This document shows positions 17,014 to 26,257 of a DNA stretch of 64,000 nucleotides, in pieces. Numbering within the stretch: the first letter of the stretch is position 1; every line of letters begins with the position of its first letter. The position numbers were made by a program, and so were the translations under genes. Origin of the DNA: Chloroflexota bacterium (GTDB lineage Bacteria; Chloroflexota; UBA11872); assembly GCA_965243625.1 (NCBI GenBank), contig CBDEVI010000002.1:1974525-2038524 (forward strand). Direction: 5' to 3'. Under the pieces are notes generated by a model. The model saw only the letters and a list, made by a program, of their open reading frames with translations, was not told where the DNA came from and did no database searches.

Positions 17014-17918
17014 CGCTGACCAAGCGCACCTATTCCTGCGCGCCCACCCTGACCGACGACGACGTGATCTGGTTCTGCCGCAACGGCTACTGGATCCTGG
17101 AAGGCGTGGTGCCGGACGAGATCAACCGGCGGGCCATGGTCTACCTGGACGACCATCCCATCTCCGAACCCTCGGAGATCCTGGAAGAAGACTGGTTCGT
17201 CGAGAACGTGATCTGCAATCCGGCGGCGGCCGGGGCGGTGCGCTCCCTCCTGGGCGACAACTTCACCCTGCCGGTCCTGATGTCGAATCATCGCGGCACT
17301 GCTCCGCGGCATCCGCAGGACTGGCACCGGGACGGCGGCTCGCGCTATGGCCCGGAGGTGAACTACCTCCAGGTCTTCTACTACCCGCAAGACGTGCCGC
17401 CGGAAATGGGCCCGACTGAGCTGCTGCCGGGCTCGCACTTTCTCTACCAGCGCGAGAAGCACATGGCGCACTACGACGCCATCAAGGGCAGCGTGCTGAC
17501 GGCGGCGCCGGCGGGCTCGATCTTCCTCACGTCCTACAACATCTGGCACCGGCGCGGGGCACGAACGGCGCCGACCGGGATTCGCAACCTGCTCAAATAC
17601 AACTACTGGCGCACGGAGGACCCCAAGCGCGACTGGATCCAGGAGCCGGACTTCAACCTCGAGTTTGCCGACTTCGTGGTGGACACGTTGCGCCACTCGG
17701 AGCTGATGCGGGACTGCGTGGACGCCGCCGAGATGTACTTCTGGCTCTGCGGCAAGTCCGACGAGTTTCAATACCTGGGCGGCCAGGGCTGGCCGGGCGA
17801 CATTCCCGAGAACAAGGCCACGCCCGAGGCGATCGAGCGCACGCGCTACCGCCACCGCTACGGCGTGCCGGGCGACATGACCGATCGAGGGAACAAGCGC
17901 GCGGCGCGCATCTGGTGA
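17010..17918 (+). CDS. phytanoyl-CoA dioxygenase (PhyH) family oxygenase
   Basis: Close paralog of 11295-12182 (CRNGYWILE...VPDEINRRA...WHRDGGSRYGPEVNYLQVFYYPQDVPPEMGPTELLPGSHF). Confidence 0.8.
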   Translation: MTLTKRTYSCAPTLTDDDVIWFCRNGYWILEGVVPDEINRRAMVYLDDHPISEPSEILEEDWFVENVICNPAAAGAVRSLLGDNFTLPVLMSNHRGTAPRHPQDWHRDGGSRYGPEVNYLQVFYYPQDVPPEMGPTELLPGSHFLYQREKHMAHYDAIKGSVLTAAPAGSIFLTSYNIWHRRGARTAPTGIRNLLKYNYWRTEDPKRDWIQEPDFNLEFADFVVDTLRHSELMRDCVDAAEMYFWLCGKSDEFQYLGGQGWPGDIPENKATPEAIERTRYRHRYGVPGDMTDRGNKRAARIW

Positions 17919-17919
17919 C

Positions 17920-18771
17920 ATGAGCTGGGATATCGAGCGGCACGCGACCGAGCTCGAGCGCGACGGCTACACGATCCTGGAGCGGGTGCTGCCGCAGGAC
18001 GAAATCGACGCCTCGGTCGCGGCGATCGAGGAGACGCTGGCCTCCGAGGAGACCATCGGGCGCAAATACGGCCTGCAGAGCGCCAACCTGCGGATGGTGT
18101 TCAACGCGCAGGCCAAGCACCGGCACTTCCACGGCCTGCCGCTGCGCTACCCGGCCCCGATTGAGGTGGCGCGGCGGGTGCTGGGCGAGGACATGTTTGC
18201 CCACGACGTCACGATCCGCGTGCCCATGCCGACCGGGGAGAAGGACCACAAACGCTTCGGCGGCAACCTGCACGCCGACTGGAGCGATTTCACGGTCAAG
18301 CCGTTCGTGGGCGGGCGGCACTACCCGCTGGGCATCCAGGCGGCCTGGGCCCTGACGGAATTCTCAACGACGACCGGTGGGCCGGTGGTCTGGCCAGGGT
18401 CGCACCTCACCACCGAGATCCCGCCCGAGGACTCGGTGTCGCTTCCGCCCGGATGGAAGATTGCCGAAGCTCCGGCGGGATCGGTGCTGATGTGGGACGC
18501 CAGTTTGTGGCACACCGGCGGCACGAATCGCGGCGACGGCCCACGCTACTCGCTGATCCTGTTCTTCCAACGCTGGTGGGTGAAGGGCTTCAACGACGCG
18601 TATCGCTACATGCCCCCCGAGATGCGTGCGCAGATGTCGCTGGACGAGCGGAAGCTCTGGGGACAGGAGGCCGGGGTTCCGCCGAACACGCATTTCCGCG
18701 GCATGAGCCAGGAGCAGATCGAGGCCCTGACGCCGGAGGAGCAGGCCGTCCTCAACATCGCGGCGTATTAG
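17920..18771 (+). CDS. phytanoyl-CoA dioxygenase (PhyH) family oxygenase
   Basis: Immediately follows the previous gene: the stop TGA at 17916-17918 is followed by the ATG at 17920. ELERDGYTILERVLPQDEI, HADWS, VWPGSHL and MWDASLWHTGGTN follow the PhyH pattern. Confidence 0.75.
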   Translation: MSWDIERHATELERDGYTILERVLPQDEIDASVAAIEETLASEETIGRKYGLQSANLRMVFNAQAKHRHFHGLPLRYPAPIEVARRVLGEDMFAHDVTIRVPMPTGEKDHKRFGGNLHADWSDFTVKPFVGGRHYPLGIQAAWALTEFSTTTGGPVVWPGSHLTTEIPPEDSVSLPPGWKIAEAPAGSVLMWDASLWHTGGTNRGDGPRYSLILFFQRWWVKGFNDAYRYMPPEMRAQMSLDERKLWGQEAGVPPNTHFRGMSQEQIEALTPEEQAVLNIAAY

Positions 18772-18796
18772 GACGGGCCGCGGTGGGGACCGGAAT

Positions 18797-19080
18797 TGTC
18801 ATTCCGAGCGCAGTGAGGAATCTAAGGGCGTTGTGCTTGTTGCCGGCCCCTTAGATTCCTCGCCGAGCCTCGGAATGACGGATAGAGGGCGCAAGTTGTC
18901 GCGGGCCACGGCCACCGCGTGGCCGCTGCCGCGGAACTGGAGATTCCTCGCTGAGCCCCCGAATGACCGCGGCGAGTCATTGGACATGTCATTTCGAACG
19001 GAGTGAGAAATCTAAGGACGTTGTGCCTGCTTTCCGCCCCTTAGATTCCTCGCCGAGCCTCGGAATGACAAAAATGGGGC
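18797..19080. repeat. tandem long inverted-repeat hairpins (family B: GTCATTCCGAGCGCAGTGAGGAATCTAAGG...CCTTAGATTCCTCGCCGAGCCTCGGAATGAC)
   Basis: Two complete hairpins with stems of about 34 bp (18797-18878 and 18975-19078) plus a half-unit near 18940. Related units are at 40425-40455 and 40618-40650. Probable REP/terminator role after the stop at 18771. Confidence 0.8.
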
Positions 19081-19172
19081 GTGGAAGAGGGTCCGCACCG
19101 CGCGCGCGTTGACGTTCGTCCAACCGCGCGCATAGCATCGGCCCGCAGCGCCAGCCCAGCGAGGGAGCCGCC

Positions 19173-19862
19173 ATGTCGGTATCCGGGCCGCTCGACGAAA
19201 CCACCTTTGCCGCGCTGAAGGCCGCCGACAGCCCCACCGTGTCGAACGCCATCGAGGAGCTGGGCGTGCGCGACCACCGGGTCGGGTTCGCCGGGTCGAC
19301 CGTGCGCTGTATATACCCGGAGCTTAGCGTCACGCTGGGCTATGCCGTCACCGCGCAAATCGACACCACGGGACCCGGCCCGATCGAGGTTGGCCGCGGC
19401 ATGCGCGAGTTCGCCGAGCTTTTGGCCGCCGCCCCCAAACCCGCGATCGTCGTGGTGCAGGACGTCGGGCCGCACAAGGCGCGCGCGGCGATGTTTGGCG
19501 ACTACGCCGCCACGCTCTACCGCGCGCTGGGCGCGGTGGCCTTCGTCACCGACGGCGCCATTCGCGACATTGACCAAATGCGCGAGATGCGCTTTCCGTG
19601 CTTCGCGGCGGGCACGTCGGTCTCCCACGGCAACCCGCGGCGCATCACCATGGACATTCCGATCGAGATCGACGGCATGGTGGTCGAGCCGGGCGACCTG
19701 ATCCACGGCGACGTGAACGGTCTGCTCAACGTGCCGCTGGCGGCCGCACCGGACCTGCCGGCGCAGATCGAGCACGTGCGCGTCACGGAGCGGGCGGCCA
19801 TGGACGCGCTGGTCGGCCCGAATGCGTCGGTGGACGAGGCGCTCTCCAAGATGGGGCACTGA
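19173..19862 (+). CDS. RraA-like protein (RraA / 4-hydroxy-4-methyl-2-oxoglutarate aldolase / DMK methyltransferase-like fold)
   Basis: VVQDVGPHKARAAMFGDYAATLYRALGAVAFVTDGAIRD...PCFAAGTSVSHG matches the RraA-family core. Confidence 0.8.
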   Translation: MSVSGPLDETTFAALKAADSPTVSNAIEELGVRDHRVGFAGSTVRCIYPELSVTLGYAVTAQIDTTGPGPIEVGRGMREFAELLAAAPKPAIVVVQDVGPHKARAAMFGDYAATLYRALGAVAFVTDGAIRDIDQMREMRFPCFAAGTSVSHGNPRRITMDIPIEIDGMVVEPGDLIHGDVNGLLNVPLAAAPDLPAQIEHVRVTERAAMDALVGPNASVDEALSKMGH

Positions 19863-19865
19863 GCG

Positions 19866-20750
19866 ATGGCGTTGAAATACTCGGTAGTGCTGGCGACGCT
19901 GGCGAGCAGTCCCGGCGGACAGGTGTGGGAGGACCCGGACACGGTGCTGGGCGCCGTGGCCGACGCGGGCTACGACGGCGTCGACCTGGACGCCGAGCCC
20001 GACCGCATCGACAACGCGCTGTTCTACGCCGTGGTCGACAAGGCGCGGAACCTGGGGCTGCGGATTCCCTCGCTGCTCGGGGCGTGGGGCGGCTGGCACG
20101 CCGGCGAGGAGCGGGACCTGGCATCGAGCGATGAGTCGAAGCGCAGCTACGCCGTCGACTACGCCAAGCGCTGCCTGGACCTGGGCGCGACGCTGGACGA
20201 GCCGCCGGTGTATGAAATCTGCGCCGTGTCGTTCGTGCCCGAGTATCCGGTGACCAGCAAGCCGCTAACGAAGCTGCGAAGCCAGTTCGAGCGGTCGGCG
20301 CGCGAGATCGCGGCTCACGCCGAATCCGTGGGTGTGCCGGTGGCCATCGAGTCCGTCAATCGCTTCGAGGGCTACGCCGGGTTCATGAATTCGGTCGTCG
20401 AGGCGGTCGCGGTGGTCGAGGCGGTCGGGTCGGACCACCTGGGCATCGTGGCCGACTTCTTCCACCTCAACATCGAGGACGGTCCGGTCACCGAGGCGCT
20501 GCGGACCGCGGGCAAGCACCTCATGCACATCCACTTGGCCGACAGCAATCGCCAGATGCCCGGGACTGGCCATCTCGACTTCAGCGACATCGTGCGCGTG
20601 CTGGATGCCATCGGCTACGAGGGCTATCTCTCGATCGACTGCGTGCCGGCCAAACCCGATTGGCGCACCGTGCTCACGTCCACGCGCGAATTCATGGGCC
20701 AGATCGAGGCCGGCGTGGACCTGCAGCGGCGGCTGGCGAGCGTCGCGTAG
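19866..20750 (+). CDS. sugar phosphate isomerase/epimerase (xylose isomerase-like TIM barrel)
   Basis: AGYDGVDLD...ESVNRFEGY...MHIHLADSNRQMPGTGHLDF...GYEGYLSIDCVP. Confidence 0.8.
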   Translation: MALKYSVVLATLASSPGGQVWEDPDTVLGAVADAGYDGVDLDAEPDRIDNALFYAVVDKARNLGLRIPSLLGAWGGWHAGEERDLASSDESKRSYAVDYAKRCLDLGATLDEPPVYEICAVSFVPEYPVTSKPLTKLRSQFERSAREIAAHAESVGVPVAIESVNRFEGYAGFMNSVVEAVAVVEAVGSDHLGIVADFFHLNIEDGPVTEALRTAGKHLMHIHLADSNRQMPGTGHLDFSDIVRVLDAIGYEGYLSIDCVPAKPDWRTVLTSTREFMGQIEAGVDLQRRLASVA

Positions 20751-20759
20751 TCTGCCTGG

Positions 20760-21035
20760 CCGCTTGAGGAATTCCATGCCACAGGGACTCCGGGCGGGTC
20801 TTTTCCTTGCTCCCTTGATGAGACCTCTGAAGATTCCGGTAGGGGCGGGTCTGCGACCCGCCCGCCGCCGAGCGTCTGGCTCGCCTCCAGGTTTGACCGG
20901 ACTGGATTCCGGCCTCCGCCGGAATGACGGCAGGATTACGCCAGGGTCTCCGCTAGGGAGACCCCTACCAGCAATCGCTGGCGGACAAGGCCTTATTCCC
21001 TCTCCCGGCGGGAGAGGGTTAGGGTGAGGGGCACT
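20760..21035. repeat. composite intergenic repeat (family-A palindrome GGATTCCGGCCTCCGCCGGAATGACGG, the GGGCGGGTCTGCGACCCGCCC hairpin and the CCCTCTCCCGGCGGGAGAGGG hairpin)
   Basis: All three hairpin modules recur elsewhere in the window. Confidence 0.8.
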
Positions 21036-21037
21036 CC

Positions 21038-22075
21038 GTGACTGCCACCCCAACCAACACCCAGGTAGTCCTGGCCCGCCGGCCTGTCGGCGTGCCGCAG
21101 GTTGAAGACTTCGAGATCGTCGAGTCGCCGATTCCGCGGCCTGCGGCCGGCGAGGTGTTCGTGCGCACGATCTACGTTTCCGTCGATCCGTACATGCGCG
21201 GACGCCTGTGGGAGAAGCCGCTGCGTGGCGAACCAATCGGCCTCGGCCAGGTGATGATCGGCGAGGGCGTGGGCGAGGTGGTCTTCTCCAGCGACCCGCG
21301 ACTGCGCGAGGGCGAGATCGTGCGCGGCGAGTTCGGCTGGCAGAAATATGCCGTCACCACGCTGGAGGACCTGGAGATCATCGACCGCAACGCCGCGCCG
21401 CTCTCGACCGCGCTCGGCATCCTGGGCATGCCCGGCCTGACGGCCTACTACGGCATGCTGGAGGTGGCGCGACCGCGCGCGGGCGACACCGTGGTGGTCA
21501 CGGGCGCCGCCGGGGCCGTGGGCAGCGCCGCCGGCCAGATCGCCAAGCTGCAGGGCTGCCGCGTGGTGGGCACCTGCGGCAGCGACGCCAAGTGCATGTA
21601 TCTCGTCAACGAGCTGGGCTTCGACGCGGCGATCAACTACCGCACCCAGCCGCTGGAAGAGGCGCTCGCCAGCGCCTGCCCCGATGGCATCGACGTGATC
21701 TTCGAGAACGTGGGCGGCGAGGTGCTCGAGGCCCTGCTGCGACGCATCAACCTCCACGCCCGCATCGCCCTCTGCGGCGCGATCTCGCAATACCACTCCC
21801 AAGAGCTTGCGCCGGTGCCGCCGCACTCGCGGACGCTCCACAGCCGCCGCGCGCGCATGGAGGGATTCCTGGTCAACGACTTCGAGGACCGCGATCCCGA
21901 GGCCATGGCCGCGCTCACCGAATGGGTCACGACCGGCCAGCTGACCTACCGGGAGAACATCGTGGCCGGGATCGAAAACGCGCCGGCGGCGTTCGTGGGG
22001 CTCTTTACCGGAGAGAACACCGGCAAGCAGCTGGTGCGGGTGAGCTCGGAAGAGGTCTCGGTCCGCGAGCCGTAG
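21038..22075 (+). CDS. NADP-dependent oxidoreductase, MDR superfamily (YncB/curcumin reductase/prostaglandin reductase-like)
   Basis: VLARRPVGVPQVEDFEI...YVSVDPYMRGRL...VVVTGAAGAVGSAAGQIAKLQGCRVVGTCGS. Confidence 0.85.
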   Translation: MTATPTNTQVVLARRPVGVPQVEDFEIVESPIPRPAAGEVFVRTIYVSVDPYMRGRLWEKPLRGEPIGLGQVMIGEGVGEVVFSSDPRLREGEIVRGEFGWQKYAVTTLEDLEIIDRNAAPLSTALGILGMPGLTAYYGMLEVARPRAGDTVVVTGAAGAVGSAAGQIAKLQGCRVVGTCGSDAKCMYLVNELGFDAAINYRTQPLEEALASACPDGIDVIFENVGGEVLEALLRRINLHARIALCGAISQYHSQELAPVPPHSRTLHSRRARMEGFLVNDFEDRDPEAMAALTEWVTTGQLTYRENIVAGIENAPAAFVGLFTGENTGKQLVRVSSEEVSVREP

Positions 22076-22141
22076 TGAGCGGGCGGTTCGGGCGGAGCTA
22101 GTACCGGTCAACGCGCTCGATCTCGGCGGTTTCACCGCGCG

Positions 22142-25100
22142 GTGCCGCGAGCAGGCACAATCCGGAGACCAAGGGGCACGAATCTAGGATTCTCTTCCGT
22201 GGCAGTCGACTCCACCTTGTCCGAGGGCATTCGAGAGCTCATACAGCGACTTGAGATCAAGCTCGGACAAGCTCGCGCGATTTCCGGCAAACCGCAGGAG
22301 TTGGCGGGCTTCTGGAACGCCGGCCCGGTGGAGGTCGCTTACGCGCCAAATCCGATTCCGGAGGGCAGCCTGGGCCGCGTGTGGCGCGATAGGCAAGCCG
22401 GCCGCGCAACGGCGCTGCTAGTGATCTGTCCGGGCGAGGCGGACGAACGTCTGGCCGTGGTTGGGCCTAACAGCCAACAGCCAGTAAGGCGGGCGCACGC
22501 GCACGCGCTCATCCAGGAGCTGCTGGACGCCGCTTCGCGCAGCCAACTCGAGGCCGCCCGGCGGCTCGATGCGGCGCTCGCCGTTCTGAATCTGTCCGCC
22601 GTTCCCGGCGTCGTCGCCCACGGATTGCTTACCACCCACTACCTTACGCGCCGGCTGAGCAGCCATCGGCGAGAGCTGAAAGATGCGTCCGCCGAGACCG
22701 AGGGCGTCGGCGCCTGGCGCGCTCTGGTGCAAGCACTCGGGTACAGCCTGCGCACGCGCGAACCGGATTACTACGTGCTGGAGGCGGACGGCCGAGCATT
22801 GGCGGCGCTGCGCGCACTGTCCGAACCGGGGCAGTTTGGGCGCGCGGGCCCGGGCGGCCAATTGCCGGAAGCAGCGCTGCTGGCCAATTGCCAGCGGGAA
22901 AACACGACCTGGGGTTTCCTGGCAGCTGGGGAGCGGCTGCGCCTGTACGCCTCGGCGCCGGAACGCGGATCGGCCATCGACCGCTGGCTGGAGATTGATG
23001 CCAGCCTTGTGCCCGGCGATTGGCGGTGGCTCCTGGGACTGTTCGCTCCGATTTCGCTGAAGCCCGACGGCCTCTTGGATCAGTTCCAGGTCAGGGCCGC
23101 CGATCACGGAACCGAGTTGCGCGAGCGCATCGAGCAGCAAATCCGCGAACGCGCCCTACCCGCCATCGCACGCGGGCTGGGCGAATGGATTGAAGCAAAC
23201 CAAGGCGCTGACCTCTCCGATCCGGCGACCCGCGAAGAGATTCAGGAGGCCAGCCTCACCTTCCTTTTCCGCGTGCTGTTTCTGTTGTACGCGGAGAGCC
23301 TGGACTTTCTGCCGGCCTACGCCGCCGCCTACCAGCCGCATTCGGCTACGACCATCGCGCGTGAAGCGCGCGACAACATCGATCGCCGTGGCGGATCGAC
23401 AACGACATGGGCGCGGCTGCGCACGCTGTTTCACGCCGTCAGTGGCGGCGACGCGGCCTGGGGCGTCTACGCCTACAACGGCGCACTGTTCGCGGCTGAA
23501 GACGGGCTGCCGGGCGCCGGGCTCTTGGAGCACGCCGATGTCCGCGACGACCACATGCGGCCCGCGCTGGTCGCCATCGGATTCGACGACGAGGCGGCTG
23601 ACGCCGACGCGGGCGTGGATTACGGCGGCCTGGACGTGGGTCACCTGGGCGCGATCTACGAGGGCCTGCTGGCGCTCAAGCTCTCGCGCGCTAGCGAGGC
23701 GCTGGGCTGGGACAAACGCCGCAAGCGCTACGTGCCGCAAGCTGAGCCGGGAGAGGACGGCATCGCGGCGGGTCAACTCTTCTTCCAGACGGAAGCCGGG
23801 GGACGCAAGGGCGGCGGCGTCTACTACACGCCGCAGCTGCTGGTGCGGCACCTGGTGAACCACTCCGTGATCCCGGCATTGGACGAGCATTTGCGGGGAA
23901 TCGCGAACCTACGCCAGCGTGACCCAGACGCGGCGTCGCGGCGGCTGTTCGAGTTTCGGGTGCTGGACCCGGCCATGGGCAGCGCCCACTTCCTGGCCGA
24001 CGCGCTGGACCGCATGGCCGACCACTATGCGAGCTTCCTGGCGGAGCATTCCCTTCCCGGCGTTCGCGAGCGGCTGATCGCCCTCCGGCGCGAGGCCGAA
24101 GGGGCCGAACGAGCGGAAGACGCCCAACTCCTGCGGCGGCTGATTCTCAAGCGCTGCATCTACGGTGTGGACCTCTCACCCATGGCGGTGGAGATCGGCC
24201 GCGTGAGCTTGTGGCTCAAGAGCTTCGTGCCCGGCATGGCGCTGAGCTACCTCGGTCACAACCTGCAAACCGGCGACGCGCTGGTGGGGGCAGCCACGCT
24301 CGGAGGCCGACGTGCCGCGGCCCTCCATAGGCGGCCGCAAACCGGCGACGCGTCAGTGCGAGCGGCAGCGCTGGACCCCGTGGCCAGCGTGCTGCCGCTG
24401 GTGCTCACCGAACGGGACTCGCCAATTCTCCGTGCGCTCGAAGTAGCGGCGTCCAAGGCCCGAGAGTTGGCGGACATCGAGGACCGCACCCCCGGAGACG
24501 TGGCTCGCTCGCAAGAGGTCGAGGCTGAGTTGCGCGAGGCCGCCGCCGGAGTGCGTCGGGTGCTTGATCTTTGGACGGCCGAGCCGTTCGGCGTCGAGGG
24601 TGCCCGCCAGGTCCTGGCGCGCAAGTCGGTCGCGAACGTGATCGCGGATGAGGCGTCGGGGAAAGACGCCGAGCTGCTGTCGGCCGCGCAAGCCGAAGCC
24701 GCCCGGCGTCATTTCTTCCACTGGCCGGCAGCCTTTCCCGAGGTGTTTCAGCCCGATGGCGAGCGGCCTGGATTCGACGCGGTTGTGGGCAATCCTCCGT
24801 GGAATGAAATCACTATCGAGGAATTGGCGTTCTACGCCCTCCACGATCCTGGCCTACGAGCCCTCCAGTCGAACGCCGAACGTGAAGCACGGATTATTCG
24901 CCTTGTCCAGCAGTTCCCAGAGTTGCCCAGAGCTTTCGAGCGGCTAAGGGCTCGATTAGAGCAGGAGCGGGCGTTCTTTCGCGCGGAGAACGGATACGTG
25001 GCTCAAGGATCGGGCGATACGGATGTCTACAAACTCTTCTGCGAGCGCTACCGGCATCTTGTGCGAGAAGGCGGGCGCGTTGGCGTGGTGCTGCCCCGCT

Positions 25101-26257
25101 CGGCTCTTCAGACGAAGGGCGCGCGCGGCTTCCGAGATTGGCTGTTTAGTCAAGCGCCACCAGAGCGCGTGGATTTCTTGCTCAATTCAGGGCGCTGGGC
25201 ATTCGACATGGAACCGCGCTACACCATCGCGCTGCTGGCGGCGGCGCATCGCGCACCCGCGAAGAATGCAACGCTGACCATGACGGGACCGTCAGCCAGC
25301 CGACAGGCGTTCGAGAATCGCTCTGAGGTTCGGATTCCGGTGGCGGCGCTCGGCACTGGCCACATGGTGCCGCTGCTGCCGAGCCAAGCCCAGGCCGATG
25401 TGCTGGCCAAGACGCGGCTGGGTATTCGAATTGATGAACTACGGATTCCGGGAACGAAGACCGGCGCTGCTTCGTCTCGTCTAATTCCCTATACGGAGTT
25501 GCACGAGACGAAGCAGCGCCGGTTCTTTGATCTCCCTCGAGGTGAAGGCGACACCCCCGTCTGGAAGGGGCGCTCATTTGGGCAGTACGACCCACATGGC
25601 CGCGATCCGGCAGGAGACTGTTGGTGGGGCGATACTTTCGAATTCGTCCAAACCAAACGCGCGCGTGCGCGCGTTTTCAAAAATCTGTTCTCGCCCAGCG
25701 TGCTCGCCGATCCGGCCACGCATCCGGTGCGCCGGGCACGTATTGCCTTTAGCGACGTGACCAACCGTACAAACTCCCGAACCGTGATTGCCTGTTTGAT
25801 CCCGCCGAAAGTCTTCCTTGTAAACAGCGCGCCATACTTGGTGTCGCCCACAGGAGATGCCCATGCGCAGATGGTCGCGCTTGGGGTACTGAACAGCTTG
25901 CCCTTCGACTGGCAAGCCAGGCGCTTCGTTGAGTTACACGTCAGCTTCTTTCTCCTCAACATGCTGTGTTTTCCACCCATCGAGTCGCTGGACCGAGACG
26001 CGATAGCGCGGCACGCCGGCCGCCTGTCGTGCGTGGACAAACGCTTCGCCGAGTTCGCGGCCGAGGCGGACGTGGACTGCGGCCCGCTGCTGCCCGAGCA
26101 ACGCGACGAGCTGCGCGCCGAGATCGATGCGCTGGTGGCCCACGGTTACGGCCTTTCCGCTGACGACCTGGAAGTCGTCTTCGACGACTTCACGCTGGCC
26201 GCCGTGCCGACCGCCTATCGCGACCTGGTGCGCGACGCCTATCGGCGGCTCGCGTGA
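22142..26257 (+). CDS. large gamma-class N6-adenine DNA methyltransferase of the Eco57I/BREX-PglX/DISARM-DrmMI type (1371 aa)
   Basis: Helical N-terminal region with LTFLFRVLFLLYAESLDFLP and LGAIYEGLL. GVYYTPQLLVRHLV (motif X). FRVLDPAMGSAHFL (motif I, AdoMet). IYGVDLSPMAVEIGRVSLWLK. VVGNPPW (motif IV, NPPW). C-terminal TaqI_C-like target-recognition region (LGVLNSLPFDW). GTG start. There is no internal Met for about 470 aa, so the start is uncertain. Confidence 0.8.
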   Translation: MPRAGTIRRPRGTNLGFSSVAVDSTLSEGIRELIQRLEIKLGQARAISGKPQELAGFWNAGPVEVAYAPNPIPEGSLGRVWRDRQAGRATALLVICPGEADERLAVVGPNSQQPVRRAHAHALIQELLDAASRSQLEAARRLDAALAVLNLSAVPGVVAHGLLTTHYLTRRLSSHRRELKDASAETEGVGAWRALVQALGYSLRTREPDYYVLEADGRALAALRALSEPGQFGRAGPGGQLPEAALLANCQRENTTWGFLAAGERLRLYASAPERGSAIDRWLEIDASLVPGDWRWLLGLFAPISLKPDGLLDQFQVRAADHGTELRERIEQQIRERALPAIARGLGEWIEANQGADLSDPATREEIQEASLTFLFRVLFLLYAESLDFLPAYAAAYQPHSATTIAREARDNIDRRGGSTTTWARLRTLFHAVSGGDAAWGVYAYNGALFAAEDGLPGAGLLEHADVRDDHMRPALVAIGFDDEAADADAGVDYGGLDVGHLGAIYEGLLALKLSRASEALGWDKRRKRYVPQAEPGEDGIAAGQLFFQTEAGGRKGGGVYYTPQLLVRHLVNHSVIPALDEHLRGIANLRQRDPDAASRRLFEFRVLDPAMGSAHFLADALDRMADHYASFLAEHSLPGVRERLIALRREAEGAERAEDAQLLRRLILKRCIYGVDLSPMAVEIGRVSLWLKSFVPGMALSYLGHNLQTGDALVGAATLGGRRAAALHRRPQTGDASVRAAALDPVASVLPLVLTERDSPILRALEVAASKARELADIEDRTPGDVARSQEVEAELREAAAGVRRVLDLWTAEPFGVEGARQVLARKSVANVIADEASGKDAELLSAAQAEAARRHFFHWPAAFPEVFQPDGERPGFDAVVGNPPWNEITIEELAFYALHDPGLRALQSNAEREARIIRLVQQFPELPRAFERLRARLEQERAFFRAENGYVAQGSGDTDVYKLFCERYRHLVREGGRVGVVLPRSALQTKGARGFRDWLFSQAPPERVDFLLNSGRWAFDMEPRYTIALLAAAHRAPAKNATLTMTGPSASRQAFENRSEVRIPVAALGTGHMVPLLPSQAQADVLAKTRLGIRIDELRIPGTKTGAASSRLIPYTELHETKQRRFFDLPRGEGDTPVWKGRSFGQYDPHGRDPAGDCWWGDTFEFVQTKRARARVFKNLFSPSVLADPATHPVRRARIAFSDVTNRTNSRTVIACLIPPKVFLVNSAPYLVSPTGDAHAQMVALGVLNSLPFDWQARRFVELHVSFFLLNMLCFPPIESLDRDAIARHAGRLSCVDKRFAEFAAEADVDCGPLLPEQRDELRAEIDALVAHGYGLSADDLEVVFDDFTLAAVPTAYRDLVRDAYRRLA

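Noticed and set aside
19041-20099. 352-aa minus-strand ORF, and 19598-20134 on the plus strand
   Set aside because: Antisense or alternate frame to the RraA-like and sugar-phosphate isomerase genes. Arg/His/Gly-rich.
20993-22135. 380-aa minus-strand ORF, and 21208-22101 on the plus strand
   Set aside because: Opposite strand or alternate frame of the MDR oxidoreductase (21038-22075).
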